Shown one piece after another: positions 31,214 through 42,082 of a stretch of DNA of 64,000 nt; positions within the stretch are counted from its first letter, which is position 1, and every line of letters begins with the position of its first letter. The notes under the pieces are model-generated. The model made no database searches, was not told the origin of the DNA, and was given only the letters and a program-made list of their open reading frames with translations. This DNA is from Methanomassiliicoccaceae archaeon (GTDB taxonomy: Archaea; Thermoplasmatota; Thermoplasmata; Methanomassiliicoccales; Methanomassiliicoccaceae), in assembly GCA_963728405.1 (NCBI GenBank), contig CAVSJV010000003.1:160001-224000 (forward strand). Reading direction: 5' to 3'. The position numbers and the translations under genes are program-made.

Positions 31214-32113
31214 TCAGAGCGTTAATAGTAACGACACCACGATGCCGATCGACACGAACACTTGAGTTATCAGAACGACCTGTACATTCGCTTTCAGGCT
31301 TTGCACGAACGACTCGATCCTTCTCGGGTCCGTGAACGACATGTTCGCAGCTTTGAATGCGAAGGGGATGGTGATCAGCCCAAGGAGGCATAGTGGCGGT
31401 ATCATGCTCATGCCGACGAACAGGATGATAATCCCGTAGACCGAGAAGGTCAGTAGGGTGTAGAGCTTCGCCGCCCGCTTCGTACCGAGACTGATCACCA
31501 GGTTTCTCCGCCCTCCCCTGATGTCGGCATCGACGTCAGGGAACTCATTGAGCAGCAACAGGTTAAAGGTGAGAATGCCCGCGGCTACGGCCAAGATCAC
31601 GCAGTCTGATGATATGATCGGTCGGTGCACCATGTACGCACCGATGACCGGCAGGAATCCGAGACCAAGTCCAGCAGATATCTCTCCTAGCTTGTTCCTA
31701 GCAAATATCTGAGTGTAGAACAACGAAAAGACCATCCCCAGGACGACCAGGGGCAGTAGGACCAGACCGACCTCGATTACCAGGTATGCGCTCAGAAAGG
31801 CAGCGAGGATGAAACAACCAATGGCCGCATCGAGGACCTGGCGAGGCATAAGCAACCCTTCTTGCAGAGTACCAGTGCCTCCATTGAACATCGTCCGGTT
31901 TGTATGGAGATCCAATCCGGTCTTATGGTCGTAGTATTCATTCAAGGTATTCACGGTTATATGGAGCAGCACCAGGATCGCTGTGAACAAGATAAAGTTC
32001 AAGACATCGAAATTACCGTCATAGAGCGCTAGTGAGGCTCCAACTAGAGAAAGAATCACGGGTAGGAGCAGAAAGGGCGCCCTGATCTCGACCATCCATA
32101 CCTTGAGCGACAT
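31214..32113 (-). CDS. menA: MenA-like prenyltransferase (UbiA superfamily)
   Basis: NEYYDHKTGLD, GGTG, LGE, NEFPDVDADIRGGRRNL; multi-TM; adjacent to menG. Confidence 0.8.
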   Translation of the reverse strand: MSLKVWMVEIRAPFLLLPVILSLVGASLALYDGNFDVLNFILFTAILVLLHITVNTLNEYYDHKTGLDLHTNRTMFNGGTGTLQEGLLMPRQVLDAAIGCFILAAFLSAYLVIEVGLVLLPLVVLGMVFSLFYTQIFARNKLGEISAGLGLGFLPVIGAYMVHRPIISSDCVILAVAAGILTFNLLLLNEFPDVDADIRGGRRNLVISLGTKRAAKLYTLLTFSVYGIIILFVGMSMIPPLCLLGLITIPFAFKAANMSFTDPRRIESFVQSLKANVQVVLITQVFVSIGIVVSLLLTL

Positions 32114-32662
32114 ACCCCCTGATTATCCCCAACATATTAATGAGTTTCAAGCTGACTACCGTATAAAGGCCTCCTCCCCGCTACCGGCTAGTTCCGCAGA
32201 TCGTCTCGAGGTGTGATCGATCGAGCGCAATGCTTACCAATCGGACCAATTCACCAAATGATAACGAGAGCATCTGACAAGGAAGGAAGAGCACGAGCGA
32301 TCAATGCTGCGTTAACGTATGCTTCGAGCAAATGCTCGAATAGAGCGGCGCCCAGAGACAGACGATCTCTTCGTTTTCTGTTCGATCGCATGCATTTTCT
32401 TGTTGTCGGAATCACATCCGTTCGGTGTGAGATCTATTTTCCACTCGATAGTAAGCATTCATATGAACATCGAAAAATAAAAAATAGAAAGAGTATACTC
32501 AGCTAGCGGTTCTTGCACGAAGGCCCCGCTATTGAAATGATATCCGAGATGCTGGACTTGGCCCGCTCAAATCCGACCAGGGGCATTCTTCGTATACATA
32601 TTACTCAAATTAATTTTGAAAAGTCCCAGGGCCTTAGGAGGCCTCGCCGTTCTACTCATCCA

Positions 32663-33613
32663 TTAGCTATCATGATTGTATTTTTGGATTATCGTCAGCT
32701 CGGGGACCGCAGCTAGAGTCATGGTGTCCGAACCGATCCTGATCCGGTCGGACCCTTGGACCGCCTCGAACATGAGCTGGAACAATTTACTGCGGACCAT
32801 CCTTCGTTCATGGACCCGGGTGATATAGCGAACGAAGATGTCCACCCAGTTGTCGTTGAAGGACATGTATAGCGTGGGCCTGACCTCTCGCTTGGTCAGA
32901 TAGTACTTCTCCATTACCACCTCGGTCATGGCCTCCTCGGCCATCCTGGCGACTTCCTCCCTCTCCTCCTCAACGATGTTCTGGAACCGCTCCATGGCAT
33001 ACGCCAGATCGCTATCCAATGAGATGGGGAACCTGATCTCATCCCAGAGGAAGGGGAAATCCTTGGTATAATTGTTCATGATGCCGGATATAGCACGACT
33101 GTTGGGGATGGTGGTCAACCGGCCGGTGGCCTGGTCGCCGTCCACCCACTCCCGCATCTCCAAAAGGGTTGTGTAGAGCAACCCAATGTCCACCACATCT
33201 CCTAGCTTGCTCTCGACCTCGATCCGGTCGCCGATGCCGTAAATGCCGGTCGCCAGGATGGCCAGCCCGCCAATGAAGTTTCTGATGCTGTCCTGAAGGA
33301 CGAATGCCCCGGCGGCGCCGATCAATCCCACCGACACGACCAGGACCTCGGGCGTCTGGACCCACAGGACGAGGACCGTACCGATAAAGATGAGCACATA
33401 AAGAACGGTGAGCGCCTTGCTGATGCTGTACCGTGTCTTTCGGTCCTTGATCCGTCTAGAGATCAGTCCCTGAACAACTATCGATAACAGGAAATATATC
33501 ACTGCCAAGGCAAAGAAAGAGTAGGCCAGTACACTTCGTCCGGACAGGTTCAGGGTCAGGAAGAATATCCCTACCATTACGATGGCGACCAGGATGATGA
33601 TCTTCCTAATCAC
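32663..33613 (-). CDS. Small-conductance mechanosensitive channel (MscS family)
   Basis: LQDSIRNFIGG, GDRIE, GDVVDIGLLYT, IPNS. Confidence 0.9.
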   Translation of the reverse strand: MIRKIIILVAIVMVGIFFLTLNLSGRSVLAYSFFALAVIYFLLSIVVQGLISRRIKDRKTRYSISKALTVLYVLIFIGTVLVLWVQTPEVLVVSVGLIGAAGAFVLQDSIRNFIGGLAILATGIYGIGDRIEVESKLGDVVDIGLLYTTLLEMREWVDGDQATGRLTTIPNSRAISGIMNNYTKDFPFLWDEIRFPISLDSDLAYAMERFQNIVEEEREEVARMAEEAMTEVVMEKYYLTKREVRPTLYMSFNDNWVDIFVRYITRVHERRMVRSKLFQLMFEAVQGSDRIRIGSDTMTLAAVPELTIIQKYNHDS

Positions 33614-34027
33614 ACATTCTAGATGCTGAACTCGTCGTGTAAATACTTATGCGCCTTTGGCCGAGATGAGCGCCGCTCCAGGCACCTAAGGCCACCGGTG
33701 GCGATTCATAGGGGCCAAGGAGGGCTGTGCATAGGACGACCGTCATGCGCATCAGTGCACCTCAAGTGGGGCTGGGACTATCAGGATAGTAATAAGAATC
33801 ATTTTTACCCGCATTATATAAGTTGAGTGGCATCATCGTCATACTGGCTCATATCGGCATCATCGTCATTCCAGGTCGACGGACAATCGGAACCTTGAGT
33901 GAAGGTGGAAAGCCCATACCATGAATTCATAGTATTGTAGGTACGGGATGGGGAAATATCCCGCGGTCCGGACGCTCAAGATGTGACGCATGGTAAAGGT
34001 GAGGGCGGCACCAATCCGGTCGTTCCA

Positions 34028-34348
34028 TCAGTCGGGAAGGAACTCGATGCACAACTGCTTCTTTGCCCTAGCTACGGAACCGGCGATCATCCCGGCCTCC
34101 ACCCAGGCCGCGGTCAGGATCCCTGAGGGCACCAGGCAGTTGGCGCTCATGTCGGAGAGCAGAAAATCATGGAATACCTTGCTGGCATCCTTCTGTATCA
34201 GATCGGTCAAGGTCAAGGGGCCAAGTCCCTCGACCAGCTTCTGGGCCTTCGGGCAAGTGGTGGTCACTCGGACACCATAGGTCCCGTCCTCACCGGCAGA
34301 GACCTCGATCAACGAGGTGTTCTGGCACGGATACATGTTAATGTTCAC
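34028..34348 (-). CDS. Hypothetical protein (DUF6951-like, Cys-containing)
   Basis: PC..TTCP..CLVPSGILTAAWVEAGM pattern. Confidence 0.65.
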   Translation of the reverse strand: MNINMYPCQNTSLIEVSAGEDGTYGVRVTTTCPKAQKLVEGLGPLTLTDLIQKDASKVFHDFLLSDMSANCLVPSGILTAAWVEAGMIAGSVARAKKQLCIEFLPD

Positions 34349-34460
34349 CTTGGAAGTCGTGATGCTACCTCACCGTGATATCGTCTTGACTAGGATAAAA
34401 AGGCCGTTTCTAAATCCGTGACAACTAATATGTTCTGCCAGGCCGATATGTAATTGGGTA

Positions 34461-35171
34461 TTGACCGTGACCGTATGCGCAGAGGAATCCAAGAAACTGG
34501 TCGATGCGTTGGGATTGAAGTACGAACCAGTGGCCATAACCCTGATCAGGAAGGGGGGGTCGGTGCCGGAAAGCTACACGGTGCCGGAAACCCCGATACG
34601 CCATTGCCAGGCCATCATGCGCGCCCGAAAGGGAGAGAGCCTAGTGGTCCACGCCGACAAGCAAGCCTGTCCCGTCGGATCGTCATCCCTTGGCCTGACC
34701 CCTATTACTGAAAAGGTGGCGTCGGGAGAGTTCCACTACAATATGGGCATGTACGAACGTCAGGAGGCGGCGAAGGAGACCATGGAGGTGAGGCCTTCCC
34801 TGGAGGCCGGCAGCGTGGAGGCGACCGCCGTGGCCCCCCTGAGCAAGGCGATGCTCAAGCCAGACGTGGTGGTGATCACCGGAACGCCGGAACAGGTCTT
34901 CTGGCTGCTACCAGCGGCGTCCACGTTCTCGATGGGGGGACGGGTCACCGTGGAGATGGCTTCGGTGCAAGCGGCATGCGCCGATTCGACCGTGATCCCT
35001 TACCTGACCGGCCACGTCAACATCTCCCTAGGGTGCTTCGGTTGCCGGAAGACCACCGACATCGCCCCCGAGGAGATGCTGGTGGGGATCCCGGGCACTA
35101 AGCTCAAGGAGATCGTGGCCGCGGTGGACAAGATGAAAGAGGGGCCCATCCCGAAGTCCCGCGCCAAGTAG
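34461..35171 (+). CDS. DUF169 family protein
   Basis: PVAI, HCQA, CPVG, PDVV, QAACAD, SLGCFGCR. Confidence 0.88.
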   Translation: MTVTVCAEESKKLVDALGLKYEPVAITLIRKGGSVPESYTVPETPIRHCQAIMRARKGESLVVHADKQACPVGSSSLGLTPITEKVASGEFHYNMGMYERQEAAKETMEVRPSLEAGSVEATAVAPLSKAMLKPDVVVITGTPEQVFWLLPAASTFSMGGRVTVEMASVQAACADSTVIPYLTGHVNISLGCFGCRKTTDIAPEEMLVGIPGTKLKEIVAAVDKMKEGPIPKSRAK

Positions 35172-35184
35172 ATGGAGGCACATC

Positions 35185-35847
35185 ATGCAAGGAAAGGATG
35201 ACAGAACTCAGCAGGAGCAATGGGACCAAACCTATGCTGGCGCGCAGGATTTCTTCGGCAAATTGCCGAGCGAGCTAGCGGTGAGGGCGCTCAATACCCT
35301 CAGAGAGAACAAGGCCGGAATCCTTTTGGAGCTGGGCTGCGGCCAGGGCCGGGACACCTGGTTCTTTGCCCACAATGGCCTGGAGGTGACCGCTCTCGAC
35401 TATTCTGAGGCGGGCATCTGCCAGATGAGAGCTAGGGCCAAAGATCAGGGGGCGAAGATCACCTTGAATGTCCATGATGCCCGTGACCCCTTGCCGTTCC
35501 CCGATGGATCCTTCGATGCCGTGTACTCCCACATGTTCTTCACCATGGAGTTCACCGATGATCAGATCTCGATGATGCTTGCAGAGTGCCGCCGGGTGCT
35601 GCGACCAGGCGGTCTGAACATATACTCGGTCAGGAACGACCACGATCCTCACTACGGCAAGTTCACCCCTAAGGGCAAGGATATGTGGCAGAACCCGCTG
35701 GGCTTCGTCGTGCACTTCTTCTCTGAAGAAAAGATCAGACAGCTTTCCACCGGTTACGATCTTCTCTGGATCAAAGAGTTCGAGGACCCTTTGCCGCCCT
35801 TCACCAAGAAGCTGTACGAGGTCGTCCTGCGGAAGCCGAGCATCTGA
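35185..35847 (+). CDS. Class I SAM-dependent methyltransferase
   Basis: LELGCGQGRD, FDAVYS, VLRPGG. Confidence 0.9.
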   Translation: MQGKDDRTQQEQWDQTYAGAQDFFGKLPSELAVRALNTLRENKAGILLELGCGQGRDTWFFAHNGLEVTALDYSEAGICQMRARAKDQGAKITLNVHDARDPLPFPDGSFDAVYSHMFFTMEFTDDQISMMLAECRRVLRPGGLNIYSVRNDHDPHYGKFTPKGKDMWQNPLGFVVHFFSEEKIRQLSTGYDLLWIKEFEDPLPPFTKKLYEVVLRKPSI

Positions 35848-35937
35848 CAAGGGCCGAGCGATCGGCTTGGCCGCGCGGTGGGACGGTCATGATGCGTCAA
35901 CGCTAAGACCTGACGCACGATTACATGAGCGATATCG

Positions 35938-36498
35938 ATGATCTGCCCTCAATGCAAGTCCGGGGTCGCCGACGCGATCAATTTCTGCCCGAATTGCGGA
36001 ACGCCGAAGGCCAAGTTCCTGCCGGGCGGTACCTTTGCTCCTCATCAACCAGCATCCCCTATCCTGGCTCCCGTTCAGATCTCCCCCGCCGTTCTCCAAG
36101 CCCTATTCCTTCGCCCGGGGGAGCGCGCGGTCGGGGTCTGGAGGGCAGGCTATGTGCTCCCTGACCGCTCGTTCGATGATGAGGAGGCATCCACGCCCAT
36201 GACCCCTGGAATCTTAGTGGCCTCCGACCAGCGGCTCATCTTCGTGCAGGAGAAGGGCATACTGAACAAGAGCTACCGGCCGATGGATTCCATGGAACTC
36301 CGGCAGATAACCGGTCACCGGATCACCTCCCTGCTCAGGATGAAGGAGCTGGAGGTCGAGCTGCAGGACCAGAAGGGACGCAGAAAGCAACGGTTCTCTA
36401 ACCTGTACGAGATCGACCCCCTCTCCCTCAAGCCGCTCCGGCCGTCCACCCCGGATGAGGCTAGGTCCTTCTTCGGTAACCTGATCGGGGCGCGATGA
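35938..36498 (+). CDS. Zinc-ribbon protein with a PH-like C-terminal domain
   Basis: CPQC..FCPNCG; GILVASDQRLIF. Confidence 0.72.
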   Translation: MICPQCKSGVADAINFCPNCGTPKAKFLPGGTFAPHQPASPILAPVQISPAVLQALFLRPGERAVGVWRAGYVLPDRSFDDEEASTPMTPGILVASDQRLIFVQEKGILNKSYRPMDSMELRQITGHRITSLLRMKELEVELQDQKGRRKQRFSNLYEIDPLSLKPLRPSTPDEARSFFGNLIGAR

Positions 36499-36533
36499 GA
36501 GGGGAGCGGCCACCAGAACTGGAGCCTCATTAC

Positions 36534-36579
36534 AAACATGGAGCGAGAAAGCCCACGAATTTATTCGTGGGAGTGTCAA
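36534..36579 (+). mobile_element. 46-bp single-hairpin IS200/IS605 derivative
   Basis: TTAC|AAACATGGAGCGAG-AAAG-CCCACGAATTTATTCGTGGG-AGTG-TCAA: IS608-type target, guide, perfect hairpin and right cleavage motif. Confidence 0.8.
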
Positions 36580-37455
36580 GAATCGCGGATCCCGATGTCC
36601 TCGGCGACGAACCGCTTCTTAAGTTCGGTGAGGAATTCTGAGACGATCTCGTCGCGCTTGTTGATCTCACTGTATCCATATACGGATAGCGATCCGGACC
36701 CGACTGCCCTGGACGTCGACCACGTTCACCTGGGGGTTCAGCATGCTGAGATCGCAGCTGGAACCGAACAGGGCGCGAATGGAGGGACGCTCGAAGAGCT
36801 TAACGACCGCTTTCTTCTCCTCCTCGAGCACAAGCGGCAGGATACGAGGATGGATGTCCGCCTCATCGAGGACGATCTTCCTTATCCGCTCGAGATCACT
36901 GACCGGAGCGATCCACATAGGGACCGTCAGTGCTACGAAGCCGGCCTTCGTGTAGTTGACCACCTTGCCATTGATTATCTGTGAGTTCGGGACTATCGCG
37001 ATGCGCCCGTCCACATCCCGTAGTACGGTGGACATCAAGGTGATGTCCTTGACCCGGGATACCCCGGTGGTCGGGGCCAGACCGACCTCTATCCAATCTT
37101 CCAGCTGGATCGGCCTTGTGATGGAGATGATGAGCCCGGACAACATGTTCTGGATGATCTGCTGGGAGGCGAAGGCGATGACCACGCCCACCAAGCCCAG
37201 GGAGATGACAAGGCCGGTAAGCTGCAGCTGGAGCAACTCGCTGAAACCAATGATAGCGGCCGTGCCGATGATGACATACTGGGCGGTCCGAGCCACTACC
37301 TTGGACAGCCGACGACCTACCTTCTCGTCCAGGTTCCTCCTGATGAGCATGCTGGCGACCTTCCCCAACAGCACGCCCACGATCAGGAGGAGCGCGAAGA
37401 GGATCGAACTTGTGGCCGTTATGCCACCGATGATGGGCTCCTCCAACCAGCTCAT
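36576..37455 (-). CDS. MscS-family mechanosensitive channel (frameshift near 36668)
   Basis: FASQQIIQNMLSG, DWIE, VPNS; second frame EINKRDEIVSEFLTELKKRF..DS*. Confidence 0.88.
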
Positions 37456-37474
37456 CCGATCCCTCCCGTTCTAC

Positions 37475-37956
37475 TCACTGAGCGTTATCCTTATTGAAGA
37501 GGTCCTTTCCCTTTAAGAACAACTCCAAGCTGATTATCTCGCCTATCAGACGGCCTTCGTTGTCAACCACTGGGAGATCGTTGAGTGCTCCTGGATCATG
37601 ATGTCCAGCGCCTCGGTCAACCGGGCCTCCTTGACCACTGACCGTGTGGGCGTGATGAGACCCTCCACCCCCTCCTTGAACATATCGCGGAGGAAGCGAT
37701 AGAACGAGAGGCCGCCCAGCTCTCGCACTCCGACCCGGTAACCGATCAGCCTCAGGAGGGTCTCGGTGTTGATCATGCCCAAAAGCTTACCGTCATCATT
37801 GACGACATATACCTTCCTGGAGATGGGGTTCTGGAGCATTGCCTCAATGACCTCTTTGATCTCCCCATCCTTCTTCACAGTGGAGGGCCTCTTCACCATG
37901 AGCTCGTAAACGTCACTGACGAGGGTATCGCTGAACTTCTTATCCATCTCTACCAT
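37475..37956 (-). CDS. CBS-domain pair protein (frameshift near 37580)
   Basis: VYVVNDDGKLLGMI / LPVVDNEGRLIGEI. Confidence 0.85.
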
Positions 37957-38086
37957 GTGCCTGAAATGCAGAACTCGATACTTGAAATCGATGTCCTATC
38001 GGGAAGGCGACCACCATCTTGGAGGACCTATTGATCGGCTCCCCGTCTCAAACGCTCCTTGACGTCGCGAGCCAGTGGGCTGACCA

Positions 38087-38728
38087 TCATGTGCTCTTGC
38101 AGGGGCGCAGGGCGATCACTTCGATCAGGCTATCCCAGTCCAGGATGGTCTCAACGCAGCCGTCCTTGGAGGTGATCACACCCATGGCCAGGAGATCCAT
38201 GCGATCCGCCATCTCCAGCCCTTCCTTCACTTCCATGATGCAGCCGACGCCCACGATGGCCTCCGGGCGGTACTTCTTGATCAGACGAGTAACGAAGGTC
38301 GATCCGGGAACGATGAACACCTTGCACCCATGACCTTCCAGTTCGTCAATGGTCTTCCCGATGTCACAGCGCATGCACCGCTTGCATACCAGGCCTTCAG
38401 TGGTCAAGCTGGCTGGGCAGTCCGCAGAACGGAGGCATTGAGGGAGGAACACCATGCGCCGGGCCACTGGGACATTGCTGAACCGGTCTCGGTTCATCTG
38501 GTTGTGAAGCCGAATGGTGAAGGAGATCAGGTCGTTACCATCGATCTTTCCCATCCTCCAAAGGACCTTGATTAGCCCCTCGAAGACTATGAGGCCGGGG
38601 CGGAGCAACCAGGGCAGATAAAATTGCCCCTTGCGCATGGAGAGGAGGGTCAATGCCACCATGAAAAGGGATAAGACCAGCACGCCCACCAACAGGATGA
38701 TCGTGATGTAGCCTAGGATGGACATCAT
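38087..38728 (-). CDS. DUF116 family protein
   Basis: FLPQCLRSADC, CKRCMRCDI, IVPGS, GVGC. Confidence 0.85.
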   Translation of the reverse strand: MMSILGYITIILLVGVLVLSLFMVALTLLSMRKGQFYLPWLLRPGLIVFEGLIKVLWRMGKIDGNDLISFTIRLHNQMNRDRFSNVPVARRMVFLPQCLRSADCPASLTTEGLVCKRCMRCDIGKTIDELEGHGCKVFIVPGSTFVTRLIKKYRPEAIVGVGCIMEVKEGLEMADRMDLLAMGVITSKDGCVETILDWDSLIEVIALRPCKST

Positions 38729-38993
38729 CTGATCGAAGGAAGGAAGGACTATGACCACGGGCGGCCATAGGAGGACCCCACTATAACAGTATGCCCTTTT
38801 GATTCCGACAAAACGCGAGGTCGACCGCCCCATTTCAGCAGCACTTAATAGGCTAAGGGTTCGAGCGCACGGGGATCCAGAACGACAGCGTACCGAGCAA
38901 TGACCTTTTCTTTTCGTTAGATCGTTCTGGATTTCTTTTTAAATCGCTGGCTCTCAAAATGGGGGCCGAACCTGATTCGGACCCGGTGGGAAT

Positions 38994-39945
38994 GTGAAGA
39001 AGGTCGCGATCTTAGCGGTGGCCGTTGCCCTTATCCTTGTGGCGGCGGAGGCGTATGTGATATTGATCTCCGGTAAATGGTCCAACAATGCGGTATTGTC
39101 GCCGGTCGACAACAATGGGGCGAACGATACCGGAGACCAGCAGCTCCCTGCATCAGGCAATGATTCCTTATCGGTACCGTTCCCGATGGACATCGCTCCG
39201 GTGGATGCCAAGATTGCCTTGGAGCTCAGCTACCCTGGAAAGGGGGGGGAGGGAAACGTACAACTATGCCTGGGATCAGTCCTACGGGTTCCGGCTCAAC
39301 ATCTCGGTCCTTAACGGTTTCGAGGGGCCGAGTGCTCACCAAGGTCTTCGCCAATAAGTCCGAGGAGATCGGAACGCATTGTCTGATCATCACTCCGGCC
39401 GGAGGGCCGCCCATATCCTGGCAGTCGAACGAGAAGAGTGGGATCAACATCATCAGCGGCGACCTGGAACTGGACCAGCAACGGGACCGGTGGTAACGCT
39501 GTCGCGTTCACCCCGATATTCAACCGGGCGGGGGACTTCAACAGCACCTTCCAGTCGTTCGACCTGGACACCAGCAAGCCGCTGTCCACCCCGTTGACGG
39601 TGGGTCCATTGCGCACACCAGTGATCGGGACCCTCCGAGTAGATGCCCTTGGCCCAGGAAGCTATCGGGCCGAAGGGGGATACGACCTACTACGCGATAC
39701 TGATCAACGTCACCAATGGTTGGAACATAAGGTATGTGGTGGACGCCTCAAACCTGGTGCTTAGCAATGGGACCTCGGAAGTAAGGGCCAACCTAAGTGC
39801 GATGTCCTTCGGGAACCAGAGCCTGGCCGCCGGTCAGTCTACTCAATTCCTGGCCTATTTCGATATCACCGGGGACATCGATACTTTCCGGCTGGAGTAC
39901 CGGGGCCTGAACAGCGCTCAGGTCATCACGGTACCGCTGGGCTGA
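38994..39945 (+). CDS. Secreted or membrane-anchored Asn/Thr-rich protein, split by several frameshifts
   Basis: N-terminal hydrophobic anchor; consecutive overlapping ORFs rich in N-x-S/T sequons. Confidence 0.55.
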
Positions 39946-40026
39946 CCCAAACTCCTTTCTTCTTTATTTGGCGCCCTGGCCAGGGCATGCATGTTTATCT
40001 TGGGAGATCGCATTCACGTTGAGGCC

Positions 40027-40855
40027 ATGGCGGAGCTGTCCCTTGCTAGCCAGATAACTCTCAACAACGGAGTGACCATACCAAATCTGGGCCTGGGGGT
40101 GTTCCAGGTGCCCAACGACGCAGCCCATCGGATCGTTCTGCAGGCCCTGAACATCGGTTACCGGCACATCGACACGGCGGCCTATTACCAGAACGAGGAG
40201 GGAGTGGGCCGGGCGGTCCGGGAGAGCGGGGTTCCGAGGGAAGAGGTCTTCGTGACCACTAAGCTTTGGAACAGCGATCATGGGTTCAGGGAGGCCTTGA
40301 ACGCCTGCGACCGCAGCCTTAGGGCGCTCGGCCTGGACTATGTGGACCTGTATCTCATCCATTGGCCTCGCAGCGACCGTCGGGTGGAGACCTGGAGGGC
40401 CCTGGAGCGCATCCTGGACGAAGGGAAGGCCCGGGCCATCGGGGTGAGCAATTATCTCCCCCGGCATCTGGATGAGACGATAGCGAACGCCTCGGTCGTT
40501 CCGGCGATCGATCAGGTGGAATTCTCCCCATTCCTGTACCAAAAAGAGCTGCTGTCCTACCGTCCGGTCCAAGGGCATGGTGCTGGAAGCGTTCAGCCCG
40601 CTCACCAGGGGAAGGAAGCTGGGGGATCCCCGCCTCCTCGCCTTGGCCAAGGACTATGGGCGATCCCCGGCCCAGCTATTGATCCGGTGGGTCCTGCAGA
40701 AAGGAATGGTGGTCATTCCCAAGTCCGTTGACCCAGGCAGGCTCAAGGAGAACGCCAGCGTTTTCGATTTTGCCATCTCTGCCCGGGACGAGGGGGCGAT
40801 GGATTCCTGGAGCGAAGACTTCCATACCACCTGGAACCCTGCGGACATCCCCTGA
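40027..40855 (+). CDS. Aldo/keto reductase (frameshift near 40570)
   Basis: GYRHIDTAAYYQNE, TTKLW, DLYLIHWP, IPKS. Confidence 0.9.
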
Positions 40856-40920
40856 CCTCGCTCAGCTCAGCTATCCTTTAGGCGAACAACTTATGGCCCC
40901 GGCCGACGATAAGGGAGGCC

Positions 40921-41728
40921 ATGACCGGACCGATGGAGGCCATCCGGAAGAAGTGCGAACAGCTCGACGTTCCGCTGGTAGGCGTAGCTCCGGTCGATCG
41001 GTGGGACGAGGAGCCGTTCCAACCATGGGTGCCGCCCGACTTCCGGCCGAGGAACATCTATCCAGAAGCAAGGTCGGTGGTCGTCATCGGCCTGCCGGTG
41101 GACCTGCCGGTGCTGGAAACGACCCCTTCCATCTTCTACCATGAGCTATACAACACGGTGAACCGGCTGCTGGACGAGAGCGCCTATCGCATCGCCGTCA
41201 TGCTCAACGGGATGGGCCATCCGTCCATCTTCACCCCCCGGGACGGGTATGGCATGCTGGACGTGCTGAAGGACCGCCCCCTGGCGTTCTTCTCCCACCG
41301 CCACGCGGCTTACCTTGCCGGCCTAGGTACGTTCGGGGTCAACAATATGCTCCTGACCCCGCGATACGGCCCCCGGGTGCGATTCACATCGATACTGACC
41401 ACGGCGCCACTGCCGCCCGACCCGATCATGGAGGAAGAACTGTGCATCAGGTGCATGCGCTGCGCCAGGTCCTGCCCTGCCCAGGCCCTGGAGGAGAAAG
41501 GGTACCCCGAGGGGCTCACCCTGAAGGACCGCTGCACAGAATACAATCTCGGCCTGGCCGAGCGGTACAGTCTCGCCCTGCGGGGTCTGCATCAAGGTCT
41601 GCCCAGTAGGAGCAGACCGTGGGGCCTTCGACCGCCGGGACGCCCGCATCTACGATGACCGGCAGAAGTTCGACAGGCATCATCGCGCCTGGGAACATGT
41701 CCGCGCCTATGGGGGAAAGCGCAGTTAG
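40921..41728 (+). CDS. Epoxyqueuosine-reductase-like Fe-S protein (frameshift near 41570)
   Basis: FSHRHAAYLAGLGTFG, YGPRVRF, CIRCMRCARSCP / CGVCIKVCP. Confidence 0.83.
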
Positions 41729-41821
41729 ATGTGAGGGGGCGGAGAAACCCCCAAATTTTCTGGACGAGTTGCGTTAAATCCTTTGGATTCCATCGAGAAA
41801 AAGGCATCAACTTACTGTTAA

Positions 41822-42082
41822 TCGAGGCTTCCTCCTCTCACTGGAGGATGAGGACAAGTTAACTCTGTCCGATTGGGTCTACGAATACGAGCTCTGTGGT
41901 TTGGAGATGGGCCGCGACCTGAACACCACCAATAACATACTCGCTAGGGCCGGACCGAAGTCACGCCTGTGGAGACGATGTAGTTCCTTCGCTATCGAAG
42001 GTCATTGTCGCTGAAGCAGGAACTATATGCTTGGTAAAGGCCGAGATGGGAATACCACGATCAAACCGTGGGAGGATGTCAC
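41822..42082 (+). mobile_element. Miniature IS200/IS605 derivative: degenerate left end, decayed tnpB 3' tip, omegaRNA-like right end
   Basis: TTAA then CCTCC/GGAGG hairpin and ATGAG; KLTLSDWVYEYELCGLEMGRDLNTTNNIL; GAAGCAGGAA; CCACG/CGTGG hairpin and GGAGGATGTCAC end. Confidence 0.8.
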
